Virus record (IMG/VR): IMGVR_UViG_3300045391_005020
Direction: 5' to 3' (one strand)
Source of the DNA: a virus
Taxonomy: Duplodnaviria; Caudoviricetes
Length of the DNA stretch: 64,000 nt
Below, in pieces: positions 28,779 through 38,406 of the stretch. A program made the translations under genes and the position numbers. Numbering within the stretch: position 1 is the first letter of the stretch; every line of letters starts with the position of its first letter. The notes beneath the pieces were generated by a model that saw only the letters and a list, made by a program, of their open reading frames with translations, was not told the origin of the DNA and did no database searches.

Positions 28779-29570
28779 ATGGTACGTACCTTAGTCATCG
28801 GCCTGTTTTTCTTACTCGTTTCGCGCCTGGCAGCCAGTGAAGCGGACCTGCGTGCCTACCTAGACGCATATACTCGGGAGTCGTTCGAAATCAGCGTGCG
28901 AGCCTTCGAGTCCTCCTCCCAATGGCTCACGCGACTCAAAACCAACGACATTGGTCGTAACATGGAAACCGACGATAACCGCAACAAGCTCGTCGTTCTG
29001 GCTTCCTACATGGAGCGTGATCATGAAGCCGTGAAAGATTTCATAGCGGCGAGCGGCGGTTCCTTACGCAACAAGATGTTGTCAAAGCTGGACCCTGAGG
29101 AAGACGAGACCAAGGGGATCGCACAGCTCGATGAGTTAATACGAAACAATTACCTAAAGAACTTCATGGCTTTCTCTTCGAATCCGAAATTGGTCGATCT
29201 GTATTTCGAGATCCATTCGGAGGACGTGGGCGACAAGGAAACGGTCCAAAAGATCTATAGCGATTTCGCCGCATCTGATCTAGCAAACAATCGTCGTGCC
29301 GTGACTGGCTTTTATAACTGGATTAAGTCCGCTGACCTTAGCCCGATCGATGGGGAAAAATCGCTCAACTATAAACTAAAAAACTTGCAGTCGTTTAAGA
29401 AAAAGCTCGAGGCGATGGACGGCACCTTGGACGAAAAGTTGGATCAGCTCGACAAACCGAAAGGAAAGCGTCACGCGTTTGACGAGACCTTCTCCGAGGA
29501 GTTGTTTAACGCCGTACGAGAATTCGTGAACTTTGATAAAGCCAAAATCTACTTCGAGAACCGTCCGTAA
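28779..29570 (+). CDS. Exported/periplasmic hypothetical protein (moron-like insertion)
   Basis: Sec-type signal peptide MVRTLVIGLFFLLVSRLAA; opposite strand; visibly lower GC than the flanks. Confidence 0.75.
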   Translation: MVRTLVIGLFFLLVSRLAASEADLRAYLDAYTRESFEISVRAFESSSQWLTRLKTNDIGRNMETDDNRNKLVVLASYMERDHEAVKDFIAASGGSLRNKMLSKLDPEEDETKGIAQLDELIRNNYLKNFMAFSSNPKLVDLYFEIHSEDVGDKETVQKIYSDFAASDLANNRRAVTGFYNWIKSADLSPIDGEKSLNYKLKNLQSFKKKLEAMDGTLDEKLDQLDKPKGKRHAFDETFSEELFNAVREFVNFDKAKIYFENRP

Positions 29571-29599
29571 ACGAAAACGGGACCGATGAACGGTCCCGT
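29569..29599 (-). terminator. Intrinsic terminator after the tail tube gene
   Basis: acgggaccg-N5-cggtcccgt stem followed by a T-rich run on the minus strand; lies between convergent genes. Confidence 0.8.
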
Positions 29600-29625
29600 C
29601 TCCTGCTTCACTCGCGTCGACTGGT

Positions 29626-30084
29626 TTACAGCGACATGCCGGTGAACATCAGGACGAGTCCCGAATTCACCACGAATTCCGCCGAGTTGGCGCCCATCGA
29701 GACCGAGGTCGCGACCGGACCAGCCAGCTGCATGGTCGCTTCCGCTTCGACGCCGCACGAACCGGCGCGATTGCCAGCGGTGAGCGTGAGCGCGCGGCTC
29801 GTCGCTTTACAGATGTCGCTCAGCTCGGACAGGAGACCGGTGACGATCCCTTTCGGGCCGACGATCTGCTGCAGCGAACCTTGTCCCTGAGTACGCCCTT
29901 CGACGTAGTACTGGTTACGCGAGCCCAGTTCCCAGATGCGCGTCAGCTGACGCTCATACTGGATCTGGACCTGCTGGACCAGCGCGCCTTCGAGACTTCC
30001 ACTGCCTCCGCCCAGCGTCAGGCGGAACGTCGTGCCCTTGAAGACACCAGCCAATTTTGAATCGGTTCCAAATACGTCAGCCAT
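29626..30084 (-). CDS. Tail tube protein
   Basis: 152 aa directly after sheath; LVQQVQIQY.R...RIWELGS...YYV.GR..G pattern. Confidence 0.8.
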   Translation of the reverse strand: MADVFGTDSKLAGVFKGTTFRLTLGGGSGSLEGALVQQVQIQYERQLTRIWELGSRNQYYVEGRTQGQGSLQQIVGPKGIVTGLLSELSDICKATSRALTLTAGNRAGSCGVEAEATMQLAGPVATSVSMGANSAEFVVNSGLVLMFTGMSL

Positions 30085-30095
30085 GGTGTCCTCTA

Positions 30096-32390
30096 TTAGA
30101 CGATGATGTCCAGTGTACCGTTGTTGAGCGGGATCGGCAGGTTCAGCTGCATGCGCGCGACAACGCGGTCGAGCAAGGTCGCGTGCGGACGCAGGAAGAC
30201 GAGCGAGCCATCGGTCACCTGTCCGCCGAGGGTCACGCTGAACTGCGACGACTTCATCTCGTTGATGCCGGCGATGATGTCGGCTTCCATCTTGTCGAGG
30301 TTCGACTGCACCACGTTGGTGCGGCCGACTGACGGAGCCAGGATGCCTTTGAAGAAGTAGCTGATCGAGTCCAGATTGACCGTCGCGCTGTCTTCAGCGC
30401 GCTTGGTGTCGGTCAGGTCGGTCGTGAGCTGCTTGCGGATGTAGACGCGACCGTCCGGCGCCTGCGTGACGATGTAGCCGCCGTAGTTGGCGACTTCGTC
30501 GAGCAGTTCCCCGAAGGTCTCGCTGGCTTCCTTGAGATCGTCCCAGTCCAGCACTTCCGCGTTGGACAGGCCCTGGTGCGGAGCCGAGGCGCCGCGCAGA
30601 GCGGCGAGGCTGCAAGCCAGGAAGTAGCTGGCGACGCGAGTGCCGACGCGGCCCGGGTTGGGCGGGAACACGCTTGTGACGCGGCGATTGCTGCGTGCGC
30701 GGGTACGGGTGCCCCAGTCGACAACCTGTTCGGTCGGATTCAGATCGCGCCACACTTCATAGGTGCTGGCGGTGTTGACCGGGCTGGCAGGACCAGCCAG
30801 GAGGCGAACTTCTTCCTCGGACAGGACCGCGTCGACCGTGAAGGTCGAGTACGAGTCGTTGCCGAAACCGTCGGTCGTGTACAGCGCGCGGACCTTATCG
30901 CCCGGACGAACGCCGTTGGTGATGAACAGGCCGTCATCGTCGTGAACCACCAAGTTGGAGGTTCCGTCGATCGTGGCCATGCCGGTCTGGAGCTGCTTGG
31001 TCGTGTTCAGCGCGAGCGCCATCATGCAGGTCGTCCAGCGGCCAACCAAGGCACCGGAGCGCTGGTTCGCCACCCCGATGCAGGCGTCGATCGACGCTTC
31101 ATCGTGGGTCAGAGGAACGATGCGGTAGAAGTCTTCACGTTCCTTGAGCTTACCCAGGGCGGCGAGGTAGCCGTCGACGTCGTCGGACGCGACCGCGATC
31201 GCCTTGACCGTGGTTCCGGCCGCGTTCGAGAGAGCGCGGTAGCAGCCGTAGCTGAGGACGCAATCCGGATCATCGAGACCGGCGAAGTTGTCAGCAACGT
31301 CGGTGACGTCATCGATATCGTGCACGACGTTCGCGTCAGCGGTGCGCAGCGCGCGGTAGCTGACGTAGCCGGTGCCCAGGATCACGTCGAGCTCGAGTGA
31401 GCCCGTACGCGCATGGGTGGCCAGAATGCCGGCCTTGAGAGTGATCTCGGTCGCGTCGCCTTCCCAGTTCAGTTCGGGAGCGTGGCCGAGGCGATTCTTG
31501 TTCACCACGATGTCATCCGGGATCGCGATCTCGGTTTCGAGGTTGGTGGCCCACAGGGCTTCGATGACGTTGTTGGCCAGGATCAGTTCGTGGACCGCGC
31601 CTTCGGTAGCAGCGGTGACGTTGATCGTCCACACGTCGCCTTCCTTGAGCTCATCGCCGCCGAACGTGATCGTCACGCCGAGCGAGCCCAGCGGAACCGC
31701 GACTGCGTCGGTGACCGCGTACGGACCGCCGGCGTCGACGTTCGTCGAAGTGCTGAAAGTCACCTTGGCGGTGCCGTCGGTATCTCCGCCGGTCGTGCAG
31801 CGCACGATGTAGACGGTGTCTTCAGTGCCCGTGTAGGTACCGGCCGAGCTGGTCAGCGGCTGAGTGTAGCCACCGCCATCCGGCTCATTGTCTCCGTCGG
31901 CGACTGGATCGTCGATGTCGGCCGCGACTTCGTCAGCCACGAAACCGGTGACGCTGGTCAGCTGGGTGGCGCCGCCACCGAGCTTGGTCAAGCGAACGAT
32001 GTCGCCGACCTTGACGTCGCACGGGATGGCGCTGGTGCGCGGGAAGCCCGGCTTGTCGACCCAGTTGATCGCAGTGTTGCGGATATGGTTCAGCCCATCT
32101 TCCAGATTCTGGGTGCCGCTGGTTTCGTCGTCGAGATACCGGAGAGCCGCGTCATCGAGACGAACGGTGGTGAACAGCTGATCCACGACTTCGCCAGCCT
32201 GGCGACCAGGCCACGCGACGGTGAGATCTGCCCCGGCGTAAGCGCCCAGCAGGACCGCTTCCTTGCCATCTTCGTACTTACGGACGGCGTAGTCCGGCCC
32301 GATCAAGAGGGCGCGGAGCTGGTTGACGGTAGCATCGGTAGCCAGCGTGAACTGCTGGTTAATCTCAAACTGCGGGACGACTTGAACCAT
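30096..32390 (-). CDS. Tail sheath protein
   Basis: 764 aa; YRIVPLT, LACSLAAL, PHQGLSN, YIRKQLTT, NLDSIS, C-terminal LPIPLN. Confidence 0.88.
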   Translation of the reverse strand: MVQVVPQFEINQQFTLATDATVNQLRALLIGPDYAVRKYEDGKEAVLLGAYAGADLTVAWPGRQAGEVVDQLFTTVRLDDAALRYLDDETSGTQNLEDGLNHIRNTAINWVDKPGFPRTSAIPCDVKVGDIVRLTKLGGGATQLTSVTGFVADEVAADIDDPVADGDNEPDGGGYTQPLTSSAGTYTGTEDTVYIVRCTTGGDTDGTAKVTFSTSTNVDAGGPYAVTDAVAVPLGSLGVTITFGGDELKEGDVWTINVTAATEGAVHELILANNVIEALWATNLETEIAIPDDIVVNKNRLGHAPELNWEGDATEITLKAGILATHARTGSLELDVILGTGYVSYRALRTADANVVHDIDDVTDVADNFAGLDDPDCVLSYGCYRALSNAAGTTVKAIAVASDDVDGYLAALGKLKEREDFYRIVPLTHDEASIDACIGVANQRSGALVGRWTTCMMALALNTTKQLQTGMATIDGTSNLVVHDDDGLFITNGVRPGDKVRALYTTDGFGNDSYSTFTVDAVLSEEEVRLLAGPASPVNTASTYEVWRDLNPTEQVVDWGTRTRARSNRRVTSVFPPNPGRVGTRVASYFLACSLAALRGASAPHQGLSNAEVLDWDDLKEASETFGELLDEVANYGGYIVTQAPDGRVYIRKQLTTDLTDTKRAEDSATVNLDSISYFFKGILAPSVGRTNVVQSNLDKMEADIIAGINEMKSSQFSVTLGGQVTDGSLVFLRPHATLLDRVVARMQLNLPIPLNNGTLDIIV

Positions 32391-32406
32391 TTGCGTTCTC
32401 TCTGGC

Positions 32407-33114
32407 TTAGGTTATATCGATGTTAAGGCTCTTCAGGCGGGGTGCCAAGGGCTGTATTGTCCAGGCGTCTTCATAGGCGTAGGTTATATCGATGGGCACG
32501 CCAATCCGGTTGCCTAGCCCGTCGAGCACCCCGAGTTCACCCATTCCGACGACCTGGAAGTCCATCAGGTAAGGCAGTCCGACCAGGGCCGGGCTCAGGA
32601 ACGTGAGGGTGTGGAACACCTCGAGCGCGATGTTCTCGGCTTCGCCGTCGGTCTCGGCGATGCAAAAGACGCGATGGTTGCCACTTACGAAACGCACGTG
32701 GTCGACCGCTCCGGTTTCACGGTTCGAGACGCCCATCCGATCACCCATCAACTTGCGCTGCGACTGCAAATCACCGCGTTTTATGATCAGGGCCGGCATC
32801 TGACCGGCGTTCTTCGGATCGAACCGGGTATTTGGTGTGATCCGAATCTTCGACAGCGTCGCGTCCGATGACCACACGTATTGCTTGAGATCAGGATCCA
32901 TGATCAGGGCCGGATTGGCGAAGTGATTCGCCAGCACGCGCATGATCAGGCCGGTGATCAGCAGCGGCGTCAGGCCGGAGCAGCAGAGCGGCTGCAGATC
33001 CTGTAGGTTGTGCATCTGTACAAACTCCGCGGTCGAGCCTTCGCCGGACGCGGTCGCGAAGTCGATCTGGTGGCCTTCGCCATCATTGTGCGGTTCGCAG
33101 GTTTCGTTGCTCAC
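32407..33114 (-). CDS. Putative tail terminator/completion protein
   Basis: PALIIKRG motif; immediately upstream of sheath. Confidence 0.55.
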   Translation of the reverse strand: MSNETCEPHNDGEGHQIDFATASGEGSTAEFVQMHNLQDLQPLCCSGLTPLLITGLIMRVLANHFANPALIMDPDLKQYVWSSDATLSKIRITPNTRFDPKNAGQMPALIIKRGDLQSQRKLMGDRMGVSNRETGAVDHVRFVSGNHRVFCIAETDGEAENIALEVFHTLTFLSPALVGLPYLMDFQVVGMGELGVLDGLGNRIGVPIDITYAYEDAWTIQPLAPRLKSLNIDIT

Positions 33115-33329
33115 GAGAATCTCAACGGCTTCGGAACAATAGAGTAGGTTTTAAGCGATTCGGTGCAGAGAGGTTGCGTCGAGACTGGTTCCCTACGCGG
33201 AGAGACCGGTGCCGGCGGGGTCGCTACGGCAGTGGTGACTGCGGCAGGCGCCGCCGGCGCCGGCGGGGTCATCGGTTCGACCGGCTTGGCGCCGTTCTTG
33301 GATTTCCGGAGCGTCGGCTTGCGGCTCAT
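33111..33329 (-). CDS. Small Pro/Ala-rich hypothetical protein
   Basis: 4-nt start/stop overlaps with both neighbours. Confidence 0.55.
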   Translation of the reverse strand: MSRKPTLRKSKNGAKPVEPMTPPAPAAPAAVTTAVATPPAPVSPRREPVSTQPLCTESLKTYSIVPKPLRFS

Positions 33330-34132
33330 GGGGTCGGAACCTGGTACACGATGCTCGACTGCGGCACCTCTTCGAGGTGCAGATTCAGGACCAGATCGAT
33401 GCCGCGGTGGCGCGCGATCGCGGTGATGTCATCGACGATGCGGTACCGCTTGTTCGAGCCCTTCTGGACCCACACGTCGTTGCCTTCCGGCGCCGGCCAG
33501 GCCAGGGCCCGGACGGTTTCCATGACGGCCGTGATGAGACCTTGCTCGTTCGTGAGGCGGCGCAGGCGCTGCGACGGATCCATCGTGACCGCGTACTCGA
33601 GGGCCGGGTAGTACCCGCCTTCGACACCGGTCCCGAAACAAGTCTCGCAGTGCGCGTTGGTGGTCATTCCGGTATTCGGATCGGTGCAGTCCGGACACGG
33701 GTCGCCCCACTGGCGGCGCTTGAGCAGCCAGCCGGCCGTTCCGGCGCGTTTCTTCTGCAGCATGGTTTCTTTCCGGATGATCTCACGGGCCAAGCGCCAG
33801 TCGTAGTGGGACCAGTCCATATAGGCCGAGACCGCCTGGGACTCGTACGAGACGCCGTTGCCGTCGACCAGGATGATCCGGTAGAAGGTTGATTGGTCGT
33901 GCTGGGCGAACACCGGATGGTTGTCGTACAGCCACGGCTGATCGACGGTCTGGCTGATGTTCTCCCAGGCAGTGTCGTTAACGGCGCGACCGCGCTGCAG
34001 CGTGAACTGGTACGGTCCGGGCTCGGCGAACGCTTCGTTCATGGCCCAGCTGACCAGGACGCGCTGCTGGGTGATGACGTTGAAGTGATTCTCCACCGAC
34101 AGTCGTTTGAAGGGGCGCGGCTTATCGGTCAC
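33326..34132 (-). CDS. Putative neck/head-closure protein with Zn-ribbon insertion
   Basis: N-terminal FN3-like part, LLKRR..G..CPDC...CETCFGTG..GGY; position in the neck cluster. Confidence 0.55.
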   Translation of the reverse strand: MTDKPRPFKRLSVENHFNVITQQRVLVSWAMNEAFAEPGPYQFTLQRGRAVNDTAWENISQTVDQPWLYDNHPVFAQHDQSTFYRIILVDGNGVSYESQAVSAYMDWSHYDWRLAREIIRKETMLQKKRAGTAGWLLKRRQWGDPCPDCTDPNTGMTTNAHCETCFGTGVEGGYYPALEYAVTMDPSQRLRRLTNEQGLITAVMETVRALAWPAPEGNDVWVQKGSNKRYRIVDDITAIARHRGIDLVLNLHLEEVPQSSIVYQVPTP

Positions 34133-34133
34133 G

Positions 34134-35000
34134 TCAGAGTCCGATGCCCCAGGCTTTGTCGATGTTGATCTTGATCTTCTCAGCCAACATCCACTGACGG
34201 AATTCTTCCATCAAGGAATCGGAGATTGCCTGGTATTCCTGCGACTTGTTCTGGTCGTCGATCGTCATTCCGCCGGCGCTGTAGTTGAGCTGGTTGCGGC
34301 GATACGAATGCGCACGCATCCGGTACAGCTGCGCGATGGTGCCCTGGATCCAGCGGTACCGATACGGGAAGCTCTTGACGGTATGGCGTGCGACGGGCGG
34401 CGGAGTTTCGTTCCACAGATCAACGACCTGACGGATCGCGTGCATGATCTGTTCATCCGAGAATTCGACGCCATCGAGCAAGCTGACTTCCGTCGGGAGC
34501 AGATCGTCGAGGCCTAGTCTGACTTCAGCGATCGTGAGCGTGCCGGATCCACGCATCTCGCTGAACACCGTCGGTTCAAGCGCGAGGTAGCAGGGCCAGG
34601 TGTCGACCAGGTAGTCGGGGTTGGAGAAGCGGCCGACTTCGCATACGTACACGCCCGGGTGGCAGGTCATGTCGTTCGTAAGGATGAACTCGATCATCCC
34701 TTTGCATTCCGGTTTTGCGACTTCGAGGATCGTGCCCTCGACATCGAACAAAACCTTGCTGGACGAGAATGATTCCTTGGCGCGCAGCCGCACCTTTGCG
34801 GTGCCTTCACTCAGCTCGTGCTGGTAGTCGAACTTCGCGGTCGGGGCGTCTTCGTTGGTGGGCTCGGCCACGAGCGTGACGGCTTTGCCGTTCTCGTCAG
34901 TGAGCCGGAACACGATCTGTTTGCGACCGGTCGCGGGTAGACGGATGGTTTTCACCTGGGCCGCTTTGGATCCAGGCTTGAGTTCGACCGGATCAATCAT
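34134..35000 (-). CDS. Putative head-tail adaptor (neck) protein
   Basis: LLD..EFSDEQI...WN..PP...RNQLNYSAGG..IDD helical adaptor-like C-terminal domain. Confidence 0.6.
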   Translation of the reverse strand: MIDPVELKPGSKAAQVKTIRLPATGRKQIVFRLTDENGKAVTLVAEPTNEDAPTAKFDYQHELSEGTAKVRLRAKESFSSSKVLFDVEGTILEVAKPECKGMIEFILTNDMTCHPGVYVCEVGRFSNPDYLVDTWPCYLALEPTVFSEMRGSGTLTIAEVRLGLDDLLPTEVSLLDGVEFSDEQIMHAIRQVVDLWNETPPPVARHTVKSFPYRYRWIQGTIAQLYRMRAHSYRRNQLNYSAGGMTIDDQNKSQEYQAISDSLMEEFRQWMLAEKIKINIDKAWGIGL

Positions 35001-35003
35001 GGG

Positions 35004-36023
35004 TTAGACCTGACGGACCGTGCGGTCGCCGAGGACGACTTGTTGATCGGTCGTGCGCATGATTCCCAGCGCGGTACCGATCCGCTGCGTGACCGCGTCT
35101 TGCCATTCGGCAGCCGCAACCTGCGCCCAGTCGGAGTGGCCCTGAGATGTGAAGCGCTTGGTGACTTTCATGCCAGACTTGATGGGACGCATGTCCTGGG
35201 CCAGGAACACGCCGGCCGGATTGTCGTTGGTCTGACCGAAGGTTCCGCCGAAGTCGACGACCGCGGGGCCGTAGCGTTCGACCAACTTCTGGTCGATGTG
35301 ATTGAGGTCGATTCCGATCGTGGCGTCGATGGCGCCGTTGATTGCTTCGAGTTCCTCGCGGACGACCGAGCTGAGCGGGTAGTTGTCGTTCGGGGTGCCG
35401 AGACGCGAACCGTTGGTGACCGGGTAGTCTGTGAACGCCACGATGTCGTAGCCGGCTGACTGCCAGTCGCCGATCGAGGGATTGTAGGTGAACGTGATGG
35501 TGTCGCCGTAGCTGAATCCGCCCGGGAAGGTGATGCGGAGCTGGCGCGGATCTTGGCCCAGTTCGACGGTGTCGAACGGCACCGAGAACCCGTTGGCCTT
35601 GACCGATAGCCCAGCTTCGAAGTCCGTCGAGGACAGCGGCATGCTGGTCACCAGGGTGATGACGTTCGGTTCGATGATCGAGAGCGCGCAAACCGCGGCC
35701 AACAGGGCGGCGTGCTGGGACTGGTTGGTTGCGCCCACGTCGGTGAACGACGGCGCGAGCTCGTCAGACAGATTCTCAATGTTCGAGACATCGTCGTCGT
35801 AGCTGACCAGAACAGTGTCTTCGTTTGAGATCACGCCAGCCATCTGGAACGTGATGGTGTCAGCCGCCGTCAGGTCAGCCGAGTTGGCGAACTTCTGGGC
35901 GCCGTTGACCTTGAACGTGAACCCTTCGCCGGGCCGGTTAGTCGAACTAGTGATCGCCTGGTCGTAAACGACGTCGATGGTCGTTTCCCGGGCGATGATG
36001 ATGCTGACGGAGGGGGTAGTCAT
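35004..36023 (-). CDS. Virion surface protein with two SwmB-like beta-sandwich repeats
   Basis: Two repeats of F..K.NG...(I/L)T...G...DT(V/I)...Y...(S/A)FTD...TN. Confidence 0.6.
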   Translation of the reverse strand: MTTPSVSIIIARETTIDVVYDQAITSSTNRPGEGFTFKVNGAQKFANSADLTAADTITFQMAGVISNEDTVLVSYDDDVSNIENLSDELAPSFTDVGATNQSQHAALLAAVCALSIIEPNVITLVTSMPLSSTDFEAGLSVKANGFSVPFDTVELGQDPRQLRITFPGGFSYGDTITFTYNPSIGDWQSAGYDIVAFTDYPVTNGSRLGTPNDNYPLSSVVREELEAINGAIDATIGIDLNHIDQKLVERYGPAVVDFGGTFGQTNDNPAGVFLAQDMRPIKSGMKVTKRFTSQGHSDWAQVAAAEWQDAVTQRIGTALGIMRTTDQQVVLGDRTVRQV

Positions 36024-36029
36024 ACCGTA

Positions 36030-36057
36030 ACTTTAGATCCAGGCTGGACCCCAGCAA
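36030..36057 (-). promoter_or_regulatory. Putative leaderless promoter TTGCTG-N16-TAAAGT
   Basis: -10 ends 6 nt before ATG 36023; near-copy of the element at 61836-61864. Confidence 0.65.
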
Positions 36058-36065
36058 CTCGCTTA

Positions 36066-37064
36066 TTACAGATCGTCGTCAGAAGTGCTGTTTTTGTTAC
36101 GATTCAGCAGGTCTTTGAGGGGGTCGGGTTCGGTGGGTTCAATCTCGAGGGTTGGGTTGACCTTGAGGGGGTCCGGAGTGGCGCGATCGAGCGCCAGGAT
36201 CTCGTTCGAGAGCCTGAAGAGCATCAGGACCAGGACTTCGCGGATGCGCTCGACCTGCTGAACGTCAGTCAATTTGTCGGCCAGGCAGGCCTCGCGGCAC
36301 TGCTGGTAAAACTTGCCCAGCAGGTCATTGTTCCAGCGGTCCAGGAAGGTCTTCTGGGCCGCGGATGGGATCTTGGATTCCAGGAATTCGTCACGGATAT
36401 CCAGGAGGACGCGGTCGAGCGCCGCCTGGAGCCGTTCCCAAGCCAGCTGACCGGCCCCGAGGAACATCTGGGCCTCGCAGTTGCGCATGAAGCCGTACCA
36501 CTGCGAACAGTAGATCTCCATCATGGTCCGGAGCTCGCGGTTGCGCAGCTGTGGGATGTGGGTGTCGAGCAGCAGGACCATGTCGCGTGCATACGACATC
36601 GCCTCGGTGTTGTCCGAGCTGAAATGGAACCCGTAGCTGCGGGCCTTGCGGGATACGGTGCTCAAAACCTTGGCTGCGTACGGGATCGGGAGTCCCAACA
36701 TGACCAGGTTCTCGGTAATCGAGAGGATCTCGGTCGCGGCCAGAAGTCCGAGCGCGCCGGTGGTGCAGAACTGAGTGTCTGAGATGGTGTGTTCCGCAAC
36801 CGCGATGCCGCACACGAAGGCGGCATAAAGGAGCAGCTTACCGATCCCCTTGCGCATCCCTTCGCTCGATAAGGTGCGGGTCTTACGAGCCACCCAGACC
36901 CCGCAACCGAAGTCGAGGGCGAGCAGGATCCCGAGGCCCTGGAGAGCCAGCGCGTGTGGCATCAGGGCGGCGCAAATAACAGCGACCCCGAGTTTGTACC
37001 AGATCACCTGGCCAGCTTGGACCAGGAAGTCAGAAATTGCCGTTTTGATAAGCGCGAGATTCAT
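36066..37064 (-). CDS. Holin (phage holin family 4-like) with long C-terminal soluble extension
   Basis: LDF..G...A.....SS..MRKG..KL...E..SI.EN...LG.PIP signature with 3-4 hydrophobic segments in the first ~140 aa. Confidence 0.8.
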   Translation of the reverse strand: MNLALIKTAISDFLVQAGQVIWYKLGVAVICAALMPHALALQGLGILLALDFGCGVWVARKTRTLSSEGMRKGIGKLLLYAAFVCGIAVAEHTISDTQFCTTGALGLLAATEILSITENLVMLGLPIPYAAKVLSTVSRKARSYGFHFSSDNTEAMSYARDMVLLLDTHIPQLRNRELRTMMEIYCSQWYGFMRNCEAQMFLGAGQLAWERLQAALDRVLLDIRDEFLESKIPSAAQKTFLDRWNNDLLGKFYQQCREACLADKLTDVQQVERIREVLVLMLFRLSNEILALDRATPDPLKVNPTLEIEPTEPDPLKDLLNRNKNSTSDDDL

Positions 37065-37149
37065 GGCCAACCACCCGTAGGCCACCCCGGCCCAGACCCC
37101 CAATTTATCAACTCGGGGTAATGGTTGGAAGTTCCAATGATATAAGAAC

Positions 37150-37632
37150 TTAGACTTTTACTGCGAGTTGCAGCAAGTCAAATAGCGCCCCTGGCGAAAT
37201 CCCGCCCGGGACTTGAGTTCGGAGCTTTTCGATGACCGGATCCCAATCACAGGGCACCGGGAGCTCGCGGCTGGCATCGACCAGCATGCGGGCCACCAGC
37301 TCGCTACAGATCAGCTGATGGCGCCCTGGTGGATGTCGGAACCGAAACCCAAAGGCCAAAATATCGCGCCAGTCATAGGCCGAACCAAGGTACAGCGACA
37401 GCCATCCGAAGAACCATTCATCCGTGATCCATGGGACCGGGAAGCAGAAGTCTGGCTGATCGACTCGATCGGCGCGCCAGGTGCAGGTCCCGTACTGCTG
37501 GTGTGCCTGCGCGACCATTGGAATTCCGTTCACCGTATGGTTGACCACGACGTGGCAGAAGGGCGATCCAGTCACGATGCTGACGATGCGTCCGATGATT
37601 CCGCGCGGACGATAGAACCCGAGCGTGATCAC
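37150..37632 (-). CDS. Permuted papain-like (YiiX/YebB, NlpC/P60 superfamily) amidase/peptidase
   Basis: SPFCHV (His), G..YD, ICSELVA (Cys), ISPG.L motifs; GTG start overlapping the upstream TGA. Confidence 0.8.
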   Translation of the reverse strand: MITLGFYRPRGIIGRIVSIVTGSPFCHVVVNHTVNGIPMVAQAHQQYGTCTWRADRVDQPDFCFPVPWITDEWFFGWLSLYLGSAYDWRDILAFGFRFRHPPGRHQLICSELVARMLVDASRELPVPCDWDPVIEKLRTQVPGGISPGALFDLLQLAVKV

Positions 37633-38405
37633 GGCAACGTGGTGAGATTCGCCGCGGCCGAGTATGCGAAACAAGCTGCGTTGAGGGTGCACTTGCAGCG
37701 GACTTTGTAATCGTCGGATGCGGACAAGGTTGGGGTCTGATAGGACGTGCTGGTAGCGCCGTTGATATCGGACCAAGTCGTTCCTCCATCGGTCGACTTC
37801 TGCCACTGATGGGTGCGCGCCGGATGTCCGGCCGACACGATCGTGAACGTTGCAGTTTGGCCGGTGGCTTTGATCTGATCCGACGGTTGAGTGGTAAACC
37901 AGGGCGTGTTGACCAGCACCATGACTTCCGTGAACGTATAAGGCGCATCACCGACGACGCCGCTGTAGTCGAGCTCGACCGTGCCACCGGCCAAAATCGT
38001 CGGCTTGTAGACCATAAGGTAGAGACCCATCACGGCGTCGATCCAGGCGATCACCGCATCAATCGCATCTTTACCTGCCTGGTTGCTGGTGCTGTCGATG
38101 CTCCATTTGACGAAACGGAGCATCCCGCCGACGTCGTACCATTCCAAAACCGTGTCCCACGCAGCTTGCCATGCGTCGTGGACGAGGGTCAGGCGACGCT
38201 TCTGTTCGACTTCTTCGGCCTTCATCGCCGCGTATTCGGCTTGTTGGTCGGCCATCAAATCCTGAAACTCCGCCCACGTCACTGTGACCCAAGGAGCCGA
38301 GGGCTCAGGGTTAGCGTCCTGAATCGACTCGGCCACCCAAGTCTCCGGGAAGTCCTCCGGGTTTGGAGCATCAGCGTAGGTCAGATAGGAAACGTTCGTC
38401 GGCAT
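37629..38405 (-). CDS. Fibre-associated protein with C-terminal immunoglobulin-like domain
   Basis: P.FTTQPSDQ...GQTATF...QWQKSTDGG.TW..I.GAT..SY...Y.VRC. Confidence 0.75.
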   Translation of the reverse strand: MPTNVSYLTYADAPNPEDFPETWVAESIQDANPEPSAPWVTVTWAEFQDLMADQQAEYAAMKAEEVEQKRRLTLVHDAWQAAWDTVLEWYDVGGMLRFVKWSIDSTSNQAGKDAIDAVIAWIDAVMGLYLMVYKPTILAGGTVELDYSGVVGDAPYTFTEVMVLVNTPWFTTQPSDQIKATGQTATFTIVSAGHPARTHQWQKSTDGGTTWSDINGATSTSYQTPTLSASDDYKVRCKCTLNAACFAYSAAANLTTLP

Positions 38406-38406
38406 A

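Noticed and set aside
17030-32390. Bacterial contractile injection system or tailocin rather than phage
   Set aside because: Capsid, protease, scaffold and neck genes are linked to the tail genes
37633-37806. N-terminal extension of the papain-like ORF (also extensions at 43287-43382, 56987-57061 and 37065-37103)
   Set aside because: These overlap upstream genes or promoter elements; better-supported internal starts exist (coupled or SD-preceded in most cases)
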